Source: Candidatus Eiseniibacteriota bacterium
GTDB lineage: Bacteria; Eisenbacteria; RBG-16-71-46
DNA length: 64,000 bases
NCBI GenBank assembly: GCA_044223005.1
Contig: JBGAML010000001.1
Span: 96,001 to 160,000, forward strand
Direction: 5' to 3'
This document shows positions 27,969 to 37,596 of the stretch, piece after piece. The notes under the pieces are model-generated. The model was not told where the DNA came from, searched no databases, and was given only the letters and a program-made list of their open reading frames with translations. The position numbers were made by a program, and so were the translations under genes. The stretch's first letter is position 1. Every line of letters starts with the position of its first letter.

Positions 27969-29260
27969 GCGCGCCGCGCCTCTCGCGCCGCGCGGTGGCG
28001 GCGCTCTTCCTCGCGCGCCAGCGGCTGGACCGCCCGCGCGGCCGGCGGCTCGGGGCGAGGGCGCTGCGCGACTTCGCCGAGGCGACGTGCGGCGTGCAGA
28101 TCGACAGCGTCAACGTGGTCGATCGCGCGCACCACCTGTCGCTGTGGAGCCGCTTCGGGCCCTACGACCGGCGCAGGCTCGAGAAGCTGCTCTACCGCGA
28201 GCGCGTGCTGTTCGAGTACCTCTCGCACGTCGCGTGCTTCGTCGCGACGAGCGACCTGCCGATCTGGAAGTCGATGATGCAGGCGCTGCCCGAGCGCTGG
28301 CGGCAGCGCTGGGGCGACGACCCGCCCGCGACGCTCTGCGACCAGGTCGAGGCCGAGATCGCCGCGCACGGTACCCGCGGCAACGCCGACTTCGAGCGCC
28401 CGGGCGGTGGCCGCGCCGGCGGCTGGTGGAGCTGGAAGCCGGCCCAGCACGCGCTCGACTACCTGTGGAAGTGCGGCCGCATCGCGGTCCACTCGCGCGA
28501 GAACTTCCAGAAGCGCTACGCCGTCATGGACCGCGTCCTGCCCGCCTGGCGCGACACCGAGGCCGTGCCGTACGCGTCGCTGCCGCGCGTGCGCGTGCTG
28601 CGCTCGCTCGCGGCGATGGGCGCCGCGACGCGTGCCGACCTCGCGGGCTACTGGACGTGGCCGCGCCTGCCCGCGGCGACGATCGGCGGCGCGCTTCGCG
28701 ACCTCGTGGACACGGGCGAGGTCGTGGAGCTGCGCGCCGACTTCGACGATGCGCCCTACTACGCGCGCGCCGAGGACCTGCCCGCGCTGGCGCGCGCCGC
28801 GCGCGTCCGCCGGCCCTCGCGCGGCACCACGCTGCTCTCGCCCTTCGACTCGCTGCTCTGGCACCGCGACCGCGTCGAGCGGCTCTGGGGCTTTCGTTAT
28901 CGCATCGAGATCTACGTGCCCGGCCACCAGCGCACGCACGGCTACTACACGCTGCCGCTGCTGCACGAGGGCATGTTCGTCGGCCGCGTCGACCTCAAGA
29001 CGCATCGCGACGCGGGCGTGCTCGAGGCGCGGCACGTGCATCTCGAGCCGTGGCTCGGCCGGGCCGCGGACCCGCCCGGCGTGTGCTGGGGCGCGCCCCC
29101 GGACACCGCCGGCGTCCTCGCAGGGCTCGCCGACGCGCTCCACTCGCTCGCGCGCTTCGTCGGCGCGGAGCAGGTCCGCGTGGGGCGCGTGACGCCGGCC
29201 GCCGCGAAGCCGGCGCTGGCCCGCGCCCTGCGGGCCGCGGGGAGCGGTTCCGCCCGCTGA
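27965..29260 (+). CDS. ycaQ: YcaQ/AlkZ-family (HTH_42) DNA crosslink glycosylase
   Basis: VQIDSVNVV (QxD motif), LLSPFD, YRIEIYVP and GYYTLP motifs. Confidence 0.8.
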   Translation: MSAPRLSRRAVAALFLARQRLDRPRGRRLGARALRDFAEATCGVQIDSVNVVDRAHHLSLWSRFGPYDRRRLEKLLYRERVLFEYLSHVACFVATSDLPIWKSMMQALPERWRQRWGDDPPATLCDQVEAEIAAHGTRGNADFERPGGGRAGGWWSWKPAQHALDYLWKCGRIAVHSRENFQKRYAVMDRVLPAWRDTEAVPYASLPRVRVLRSLAAMGAATRADLAGYWTWPRLPAATIGGALRDLVDTGEVVELRADFDDAPYYARAEDLPALARAARVRRPSRGTTLLSPFDSLLWHRDRVERLWGFRYRIEIYVPGHQRTHGYYTLPLLHEGMFVGRVDLKTHRDAGVLEARHVHLEPWLGRAADPPGVCWGAPPDTAGVLAGLADALHSLARFVGAEQVRVGRVTPAAAKPALARALRAAGSGSAR

Positions 29261-29376
29261 AACCGCCCGCGCGGCCGCCGTCCGCCGCAGGGGAATCGCT
29301 GCTGCGCCGCCGGGGGCCCAGCCAGTACAATTGCCCCGCTCGAATCCTGCCTCCATCCCGAACGAGGGACCCCCGC

Positions 29377-31980
29377 ATGTCTCGCCCGGCTGCGCTCCGC
29401 ATCGCGTCGTTCGTGCTCCTCGCCGCACTGGTGGCGGCCGCCGTTCCCTTCCTTCGCGAGCGCCTGGGCGGGGAATCCGAAGAACGCGAAGTCGAGCACG
29501 CGCCGTCGGACTGGTTCTACGCCCAGCGCGCCGAGCACGACGGCGGGATTCCCGAGGCGCGTTTCCGCGCCGCATTCGAGCGGGCCGGCGTCGAACGCGC
29601 CGCGGCGGCGCGCGCGGGACTCCGCGAGGCGACGGCACTCACGTGGCAGCCGGCCGGACCGTTCAACATCGGCGGGCGCGTGACCGGGGTGGACGTCGAT
29701 CCCGGCGGCACGATCTGGCTCGGCGCCGCCAACGGCGGCGTGTGGAAGTCGACGACGGCGGGCGCCCACTGGACGTGCACCACCGACGCGATCTCGATCA
29801 TGTCCGTGGGCGCGGTGGCGGCCGACCCGACGACGGCCGGCACGGTGTGGTGCGGCACGGGCGAGGCGAACAGCTCCGTCGACTCGTACGACGGCAACGG
29901 CGTCTGGCGCACCACCGACGGTGGTACGACGTGGGCGCCCATGGGCCTCGCGGCCACGGCGCGCATCGCGCGCATCTGGGTCGATCCCGCGAACCCGCTG
30001 CACGTGCTCGTCGCGGCGATGGGCCGCCAGTTCTCGACCGGCCCCGACCGCGGGCTCTACCGCACGCTCGACGGCGGCGGCACGTGGAACCAGGTGCTGT
30101 TCGTCAACGACTCGACGGGCGTGAACGACATCGCGGTCAATCCGGCGCACCCCGACACGATGTGGTGCGCGACGTGGGAGCGCCTCCGCCGCAACACCTA
30201 TCGCCGCGCGTCGGGCCCCGGCTCCGGCATCTGGCGCAGCATCGACCGCGGCGCCACGTGGACGCGGCTCGCGAACGGACTGCCGACGCCGACCGACTCG
30301 GTCGGGCGGATCTCGCTCGCCGTCGCGCGCTCGGCGCCGTCGACCGTGTACGCGCAGATCGTGACCGGCGCGAGCCTCAGCTACGTCGGCCTCGGCGTGT
30401 ACCGCACCACGGACGCGGGCGACCACTGGCAGAAGCGCGACACCGGCACGACGTTCAAGTACTCCTTCGGCGGCACCGCGGGCTTCGGCTGGTACTTCGG
30501 CAGCATGGCCGTGGACCCCGCGAATCCCAACCAGGTCTACACGCTCGGCGTGAACCTGCTGCGCTCGCTCGACGGCGGCGTCACGTTCGCCGACCTCACG
30601 GGTGCGGCGCACGTGGACCACCACGCGATCTGGATCGATCCCGCGAACGGCCAGCACATCCTGCTCGGCAACGACGGCGGCTTCTACTCGACCACCAACG
30701 GCGGCACGTGGACGGGCACGACCGACCTGCCCATCTCGCAGTTCTACGCGGGGGACGTCGACGCGACGAACCCGGCACGGATCTTCGGCGGCCTGCAGGA
30801 CAACAACTCGGTCATGACCGCGAGCGGACCGTCGAGCTGGCTCGCCGTGCTCGGCGGCGACGGCTTCTGGATGCTCAGCGACCCGGTGACGCCGAACGTC
30901 GTGTTCAGCGAGTGGCAGAACTGCAGCAGCGGTGGCGGCTTCAAGCGCTCGACCACCGGCGGCCCCTCACCCGCGTCCACCTCCGGCTGGAACGGTTCCG
31001 ACCGCTGGGGCTGGTCGACGCCGATCGCGATGAACCCGCTCAACCACAACGTGCTCGTGAGCGGCAGCCAGTTCGCCTACCGCAGCGACAACAACGGCGT
31101 GACGTGGGTGAAGTCGAGCGCCCAGAACTTGTCCACGAACCCGGTCTCGCAGCTGGTCTACGGCTGCATCACGACGATCGCCATCTCGGCCGCGGACACG
31201 TCGCTCTACTACGCCGGCACCGACGATGGAAAGGTGTGGCGCTCGACCAATCGCGGCGCCGCATGGACGGACGTCAGCGCCGGGCTCCCCGGGCGCTGGG
31301 TGACGCGCGTCGTGCCCGACCCCGTCGACCCGCAGGTGGTCTACGTCACCGAATCGGGCTTCTCGTCCGACGAGACGCCGGCGCTCGTCTGGCTCAGCCG
31401 CGACCGCGGCGCGACCTGGCAGTCGATCGGCGGCAACCTCCCGAACGCGCCCGGGAACGACCTGGTCGTCGACCCGCTCGACTCGGCGACGCTCTACCTC
31501 GCGACCGACCTGGGGGTCTGGGTGACCCGCAACGGGGGCGCCGGCTGGTCGCCGCTCGGGGCCGGGCTGCCCATGCAGGCCGTCTTCGACCTCACGCTCC
31601 ACGCCGCCACGCGGCGGCTCTTCGCCTTCACGCACGGCCGCTCGGCGTGGTCGCTCGACCTCACCGGCATGCCCGCCGCGGCGCCCCCGGCGGCCGCGCC
31701 GGCAGGCCTCGCGCTGTCGGCCCCGTGGCCCAATCCCGCGCGGGGAGCGGTCCAGATCGCACTCACGCTCGCGCGCGACGCCGACGCGGAAGTCGTGTTG
31801 TGGGACGTGTTTGGCCGCCGCGTCTCGACGCTGCACACGGGGCGTCTCGCGGCCGGACGGCACGTGCTCGCGTGGGACGGACGCGACGCGCGCGGCGCTC
31901 GTGTGCGTGCTGGCGTCTACTTCGCGCGCGCCTCGAGCGGCGGTGAGAGCCGCACCGCGCGGGTCGTCTTCGGCGACTGA
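29377..31980 (+). CDS. Secreted BNR/Asp-box (VPS10-like) beta-propeller protein with FlgD-like C-terminus
   Basis: Repeated S/TxDGGxTW Asp boxes, GNDGG, GGLQDN, THGRS. C-terminal PNP..WDGRD..GVYF. Confidence 0.88.
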   Translation: MSRPAALRIASFVLLAALVAAAVPFLRERLGGESEEREVEHAPSDWFYAQRAEHDGGIPEARFRAAFERAGVERAAAARAGLREATALTWQPAGPFNIGGRVTGVDVDPGGTIWLGAANGGVWKSTTAGAHWTCTTDAISIMSVGAVAADPTTAGTVWCGTGEANSSVDSYDGNGVWRTTDGGTTWAPMGLAATARIARIWVDPANPLHVLVAAMGRQFSTGPDRGLYRTLDGGGTWNQVLFVNDSTGVNDIAVNPAHPDTMWCATWERLRRNTYRRASGPGSGIWRSIDRGATWTRLANGLPTPTDSVGRISLAVARSAPSTVYAQIVTGASLSYVGLGVYRTTDAGDHWQKRDTGTTFKYSFGGTAGFGWYFGSMAVDPANPNQVYTLGVNLLRSLDGGVTFADLTGAAHVDHHAIWIDPANGQHILLGNDGGFYSTTNGGTWTGTTDLPISQFYAGDVDATNPARIFGGLQDNNSVMTASGPSSWLAVLGGDGFWMLSDPVTPNVVFSEWQNCSSGGGFKRSTTGGPSPASTSGWNGSDRWGWSTPIAMNPLNHNVLVSGSQFAYRSDNNGVTWVKSSAQNLSTNPVSQLVYGCITTIAISAADTSLYYAGTDDGKVWRSTNRGAAWTDVSAGLPGRWVTRVVPDPVDPQVVYVTESGFSSDETPALVWLSRDRGATWQSIGGNLPNAPGNDLVVDPLDSATLYLATDLGVWVTRNGGAGWSPLGAGLPMQAVFDLTLHAATRRLFAFTHGRSAWSLDLTGMPAAAPPAAAPAGLALSAPWPNPARGAVQIALTLARDADAEVVLWDVFGRRVSTLHTGRLAAGRHVLAWDGRDARGARVRAGVYFARASSGGESRTARVVFGD

Positions 31981-32232
31981 TCGGGGACGCGCGCGAGCCG
32001 CGAAACGCCCCCCGCACGCGATCCGGCGACCGACATGCGTTTCGACCGCTCCAATCGCGGCCCGAACCTTGCGTGCGATTTCGACCGCGCCAGACGGGGC
32101 CCAAACGCACCCCCCATGCAGATTCCCCTTTGAATCCGCGGCCATCCGCTGCTATACCCACGTCCGGCGACGGCGCACGACTCGCGCCCGCTCGAGATGG
32201 ATGTCCATCTATTCACAGGAGGAAGGATCCCC

Positions 32233-32514
32233 ATGGCCAAGATGATGACGAAGACCCAGGTCGCCGGGCACATCGCGACGAAGTTCGAGATCAGCAAGAA
32301 GGCCAGCACGCAGATCCTCGAAGAGCTCGCGACCCTCGCGGCCAAGCAGGCGAAGAACGGCTTCGTGTTCCCGGGCGTCGGCAAGCTCGTCGTCGTGAAC
32401 CGCAAGGCCCGCATCGGCCGCAACCCGCAGACGGGCGAGTCGATCAAGATCCCGGCCAAGCGCGTGCTGAAGTTCCGCATCGCGAAGGCGATGAAGGACG
32501 CCGTCCTCAAGTAG
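32233..32514 (+). CDS. hup: HU-family DNA-binding protein
   Basis: ARIGRNPQTGESIKIPAKR motif. AGGAGG-like RBS. Confidence 0.92.
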   Translation: MAKMMTKTQVAGHIATKFEISKKASTQILEELATLAAKQAKNGFVFPGVGKLVVVNRKARIGRNPQTGESIKIPAKRVLKFRIAKAMKDAVLK

Positions 32515-32545
32515 ACGGTACGCGGCTTCGCGCCGCTCGCGTCCG

Positions 32546-32570
32546 GGCCCCGGTGCCATGCACTGGGGCC
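32546..32570 (+). terminator. Intrinsic terminator after hup
   Basis: GGCCCCGGTGC-cat-GCACTGGGGCC followed by TTCGCGTTT. Confidence 0.65.
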
Positions 32571-32657
32571 TTCGCGTTTCCCCCGGAATCCGCGCCCGGA
32601 GAGCCCGTTCAGCGCACCGCCGAACCTGCCGATGACACGGAAGACTCGGAGGTTGGC

Positions 32658-33926
32658 ATGCCCGTGGACGTCACCCTGCTCGAACGCCTGCCGGATCCGG
32701 TACTGCTCGTGCAGGCGAACGGCGACACCCTGTACGCGAACCGCGCGTGGCACGAACTCGCGGCCCGGCATTCGGCCGAGCCGCGTCTCGCTGCGCTGTT
32801 CGGTCCGCCCGCGCAGGTGCTGCTCGCCGAAGCGAAGCGCGCCGGTCGCGCGAGCGCGTTCCTGCCGCTCGCGATCGCGTCGCAGCGTGCGCAGGGCTAT
32901 CGCGTGACGGTGCGCGGAGACGCCGAGGACGGCACGTTCGCGGTGCAGCTCGCCGACCTCAGCGAAGAAGTCGCCTGGCGCCACCAGCTGTTCCTGCGGA
33001 ACAGCGAACTCACCGTGCTCAACGACATCGGCACCGCGCTCTCGGGAACGATCGAGTTCGACGCGCTCGCGCAGCGGATCTGGGAACAGACTGGGCGCAT
33101 CATGGACAACTCGAACTTCTTCATCGCGATCCACGATCGCGATCGCAGCGAAGTGCGCTTCCCGGTCTGGATCGAGGACGGGCGCGTGATCGCGACCGGC
33201 GACGCGCGGCCGTTCGGCAACGGGCTCGCCGAGTACGTGCTCATGAGCCGGCAGCCGCTGCTCCTCAACGGCGACGTGGCCGCCCAGCTCGAGCAGATGG
33301 GCATCGCGCGCCCCGAGAGGTCGTGCCTGTCGTTCCTCGGCGTGCCGATCCTCTCCGAGGGTGAAGCCATGGGCGTGCTCGCGCTGCTCGACTACGCACA
33401 GCCCAACCGCTACGGCCGCCACGAGCTCGGGATCCTCAACATCGTCGCGACGCAGGCCGCGTCCGCGATCCGTACCGCGTGGATGTTCGAGGCCATGCGC
33501 GCCGCGTACGACGAGCTGGCCTCGACGCAGGCGCGGCTGCTCGAATCCGAACGGCTCCGCGGCGTGACCGAGACGGTCGGCGCCCTGAACCACGAAGTGA
33601 ACAACCCGCTGGCCACGATCGTGGGCACCGCGCAGCTGCTGCTGCGCGGCAAGAGCGTCGAACCCGAGACGCGCACCAAGCTCGAGCGCATGCTCGAAGC
33701 CGCCAAGCGGATCCAGTTCGTGACCAGCAAGATGGCCACGCTGATCCAGGCGAACTCGCGCGCCTACCCCGGCCAGACGCAGATCCTCGACCTGCGCCGT
33801 TCGATCGCGCGCGAGGAAGGCGGCGACGACCCGGTCGAGCGGCTGCGTTCGCTGCTCGCCGGTCCCGGCGGCGTCGGCGACGCCGGCGCCACGCGCACGC
33901 CGCCCGCGAACCCGCCCGCCGCCTGA
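32658..33926 (+). CDS. PAS-GAF-HisKA protein lacking a HATPase domain
   Basis: LPDPVLLV PAS start, a GAF domain (SFLGVPI) and the H-box LNHEVNNPL. No N/G boxes follow. Confidence 0.8.
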   Translation: MPVDVTLLERLPDPVLLVQANGDTLYANRAWHELAARHSAEPRLAALFGPPAQVLLAEAKRAGRASAFLPLAIASQRAQGYRVTVRGDAEDGTFAVQLADLSEEVAWRHQLFLRNSELTVLNDIGTALSGTIEFDALAQRIWEQTGRIMDNSNFFIAIHDRDRSEVRFPVWIEDGRVIATGDARPFGNGLAEYVLMSRQPLLLNGDVAAQLEQMGIARPERSCLSFLGVPILSEGEAMGVLALLDYAQPNRYGRHELGILNIVATQAASAIRTAWMFEAMRAAYDELASTQARLLESERLRGVTETVGALNHEVNNPLATIVGTAQLLLRGKSVEPETRTKLERMLEAAKRIQFVTSKMATLIQANSRAYPGQTQILDLRRSIAREEGGDDPVERLRSLLAGPGGVGDAGATRTPPANPPAA

Positions 33927-33987
33927 CCCGCGGACCGCGTCCGGCCGTCGTGGACGCGGGCGGCCCGCTCTGGCAGTGTCCCGGCCC

Positions 33988-34916
<929 letters not shown>

Positions 34917-34920
<4 letters not shown>

Positions 34921-35627
34921 ACCCGGCGCTCGTGTTCCCGCTGCTGCGCCAGCGGCTCGGCAGCCCGTTCCGCGTCGTGCTGCTGCTCATGCTGTCGCTG
35001 CCGCCGCTCGCCGTGGTGGCGTTCACGCGCGCGCTCGCGCCCGTGCACGGCAGCGCACTCGGTCTCGCGCTCGTGTTCGCCGCGGGCGCGATCGGCCAGG
35101 ACGTCTCCTCCGGCGTGCTGCACCTGACCTTCGCGCGCCCGGTCACGCGTCCCGCGTACGTGCTCGGCCGCTGGGCCGCGGCCGCGGGCGCGGCGACCGC
35201 GCTGTCGTGGACGCTGCTCGTGCTCGCCACCGCGATCGCTGCGGCGCGCGGCGCGGCCCCCGGCGTGGGCGAGATCGCCGGGGTCGCGCTCGAGAGCGCG
35301 CTGGTCGCGAGTGCCGCCGTGGCGGTCATGCTCGCCTTCTCGTCGCTCGCCAACGGACTCGGCGATCTCGCGCTCTATGCGATGTGCTTCTTCTCGCTGC
35401 AGGTGCTGGGGATGGTCGCGTCGTCGCGCAACTGGGCGGTCGCGCTCCGCGTCGTGGAGGAGCTGCAGCACACGCTCTCGCCCGAACCGGCGATCCTGTC
35501 GTGGTTCGTGGCCCACGGCCCGGTGCCGTGGTCGGGCCTGCTGGGCGCGCTCGCCACGACCGCGCTCGGGCTCGGCGTCGCGATCGCGGTCGTCAATCGC
35601 AAGGAGCTCTCGTATGCCGCCGGCTGA
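34917..35627 (+). CDS. ABC-2 permease
   Basis: GTGA overlap with the ATPase gene. About 6 TM segments. ARPVTR motif. Confidence 0.8.
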
Positions 35628-36162
35628 CGGCCGTCCCGGCGACACGCGTCGCGATCCCCGGCTGCTGCTGGCCGCGGGCGCGATCCTGCTCGTGCTGCGG
35701 CTCGTGGCGGGCGCGTGGGAATCCGGGCGACCGATGACGACGGCCGAGGACCGCGTGCGCTGGCGCGAGCCCGGGGACGCGAATCGCGAGGCGGTGCTCA
35801 CGGGCAAGCCCGTGCTCTACACGTTCGGCGCCGCGTGGTGCGGGCCGTGCCAGGTGCTGCGCCACGACGTGTTCGCCGACGCGAAGCGGGCGGCGAAGCT
35901 CGAGGAGTACGTGGTCCCGGTTCACCTCGAGGACCGCCAGCGCGAGGAGGGCCGCAACGCGCCCGCGGTGGATTCGCTCGAGCGCGCGTTCGCGGTCGAC
36001 GCGTTCCCGACGCTCGTCGTGTGGTCGCCCGCGACCGGCCGCCACGAAGTGACGCGCGGCTACGGTGGCGACGCCCGCGCGCTCCTGGACTGGATCGCAC
36101 GCTCTTCCTACCGGGTGCGCATGCCCTCGGGCGCCGCACCCCCGGCCCTGTCGCATCCCTGA
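35614..36162 (+). CDS. Membrane-anchored thioredoxin-family protein
   Basis: WCGPC and AFPTLVV motifs. N-terminal TM. Confidence 0.85.
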   Translation: MPPADGRPGDTRRDPRLLLAAGAILLVLRLVAGAWESGRPMTTAEDRVRWREPGDANREAVLTGKPVLYTFGAAWCGPCQVLRHDVFADAKRAAKLEEYVVPVHLEDRQREEGRNAPAVDSLERAFAVDAFPTLVVWSPATGRHEVTRGYGGDARALLDWIARSSYRVRMPSGAAPPALSHP

Positions 36163-36207
36163 GCCGCGGGGCGTCCCGGCGGCCCGCTTCCCCCACGTGG
36201 AGGTGTC

Positions 36208-36564
36208 ATGTACGTCTGGGTCCTGCTGATCGGCCTCTGCGCCGGCGTCCTGTCGGGCATGTTCGGCATCGGCGGCGGCATCGTGATCGTGCCGGCGCTC
36301 GTGCTGCTCTTGAAGTATTCGCCCCAGAAGGCCACCGGGACCTCGCTCGGCGCCCTCCTGCTGCCGGTCGGGTTCCTCGGCGCGATCCAGTACTGGAAGC
36401 GCGGCGACGTGGACGCGCGCTCGGCGGCGCTGCTCGCGCTCGGGCTCTTCCTCGGCGCGTTCGCGGGCGCGCGGATCGGGCTCTCGCTCTCGCCGCAGGT
36501 CATGCGGCGCGCGTTCGCCGTGTTCCTCGTGGTGATCGCGACGCAGCTCTGGTTCCGCCGCTGA
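36208..36564 (+). CDS. TauE/SafE-family membrane protein (half-size)
   Basis: GVLSGMFGIGGGIVIVP and ATGTSL motifs. Confidence 0.85.
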   Translation: MYVWVLLIGLCAGVLSGMFGIGGGIVIVPALVLLLKYSPQKATGTSLGALLLPVGFLGAIQYWKRGDVDARSAALLALGLFLGAFAGARIGLSLSPQVMRRAFAVFLVVIATQLWFRR

Positions 36565-36574
36565 CGGCGGAACG

Positions 36575-37432
36575 TCAGCGCGCGAGCGCGGCGATCGCCT
36601 GCGGGCGCATGCCGCGCTCGAACCGGCGCACCAGGTCGGCGAGTTCGCCGGGCCGGTCGAGCATGACGAAGTGCCCGGTCCCGGCGATGCGCGCGGGCAC
36701 CAGCAGCCGGATCCGCCCGTAGCCGAGCGTGTCCGCGCACGCGCGCCAGTCCTCGCCGGCCGGCCACGAGCGTTCGGACAGCACCGCGAGTGCGGGCACC
36801 GTGAGGTCGGACATGCGCGGTGAGAGGTCCGCCGTGACCGCGATGCGGATCCACGCCTTCATCGTCGTGGAGTCCACCCGCTCGGCGTCACGGAACAGCG
36901 CCTCGCCCTGCAGGGAGTCGCGGCCGAAGCCGAGGTAGCTCTCGTGCAACGTGCCGCGATAGTCGCGGTCGAGCGCCGCGAGCAGCTGCTCGCGCGTCGC
37001 CGCATCGACCTGCGGCCGCAGCGCCGTCTCGACCAGCACCAGCGCGCGTACGCGCGCGGGGTCGTCGAGCGCCGCGGCCGCCGCGACGAGGCCGCCCACC
37101 GAGTGCCCGACGAGCACGACGGGCTGGCGGCACTGCTCGGCGATCGCGCGATCGAGTTCGTGCGCCGCGGCCTCGAGCGTGAACGGGCTCGGAGCCTCGG
37201 CGAGTCCGTGCCCGGCCAGCTCCACCAGCACGACGCGGTGATCGCGCGCGAGATCGCGCGCCATCGGCATCCAGTGCTCCGCGTCGGAACCGAGCCCGTG
37301 CACGAGCACGACTTCGGGCCCGTGGCCGAACGCGCCCAGGGCGGGCGTGCGGCGAGCGGGCATCGGCGCGCGCGAGAGCACGAATGCGAGCGCGAGCAGG
37401 ACCGTGACGGCGACGAGGAGGCGAGGGCGCAT
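36575..37432 (-). CDS. Secreted alpha/beta hydrolase
   Basis: VHGLG, nucleophile elbow GHSVGG, catalytic His in GHFVMLDRP. Confidence 0.9.
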   Translation of the reverse strand: MRPRLLVAVTVLLALAFVLSRAPMPARRTPALGAFGHGPEVVLVHGLGSDAEHWMPMARDLARDHRVVLVELAGHGLAEAPSPFTLEAAAHELDRAIAEQCRQPVVLVGHSVGGLVAAAAALDDPARVRALVLVETALRPQVDAATREQLLAALDRDYRGTLHESYLGFGRDSLQGEALFRDAERVDSTTMKAWIRIAVTADLSPRMSDLTVPALAVLSERSWPAGEDWRACADTLGYGRIRLLVPARIAGTGHFVMLDRPGELADLVRRFERGMRPQAIAALAR

Positions 37433-37596
37433 GGCGTGGGCGTCCGGCGGTACCGGACGCCATGGTCATCGGCACGTCGCGACCCCGGCTTGCGCCCGTT
37501 CGGGGCGCGCCGGCCGCGGCCGGCACGAGTGACGCCGCGCACGGCCCGGTGTACGCTTCGGGCGCTTTCGCGCCGCTCCCCCCGGAGAACCCCTCC

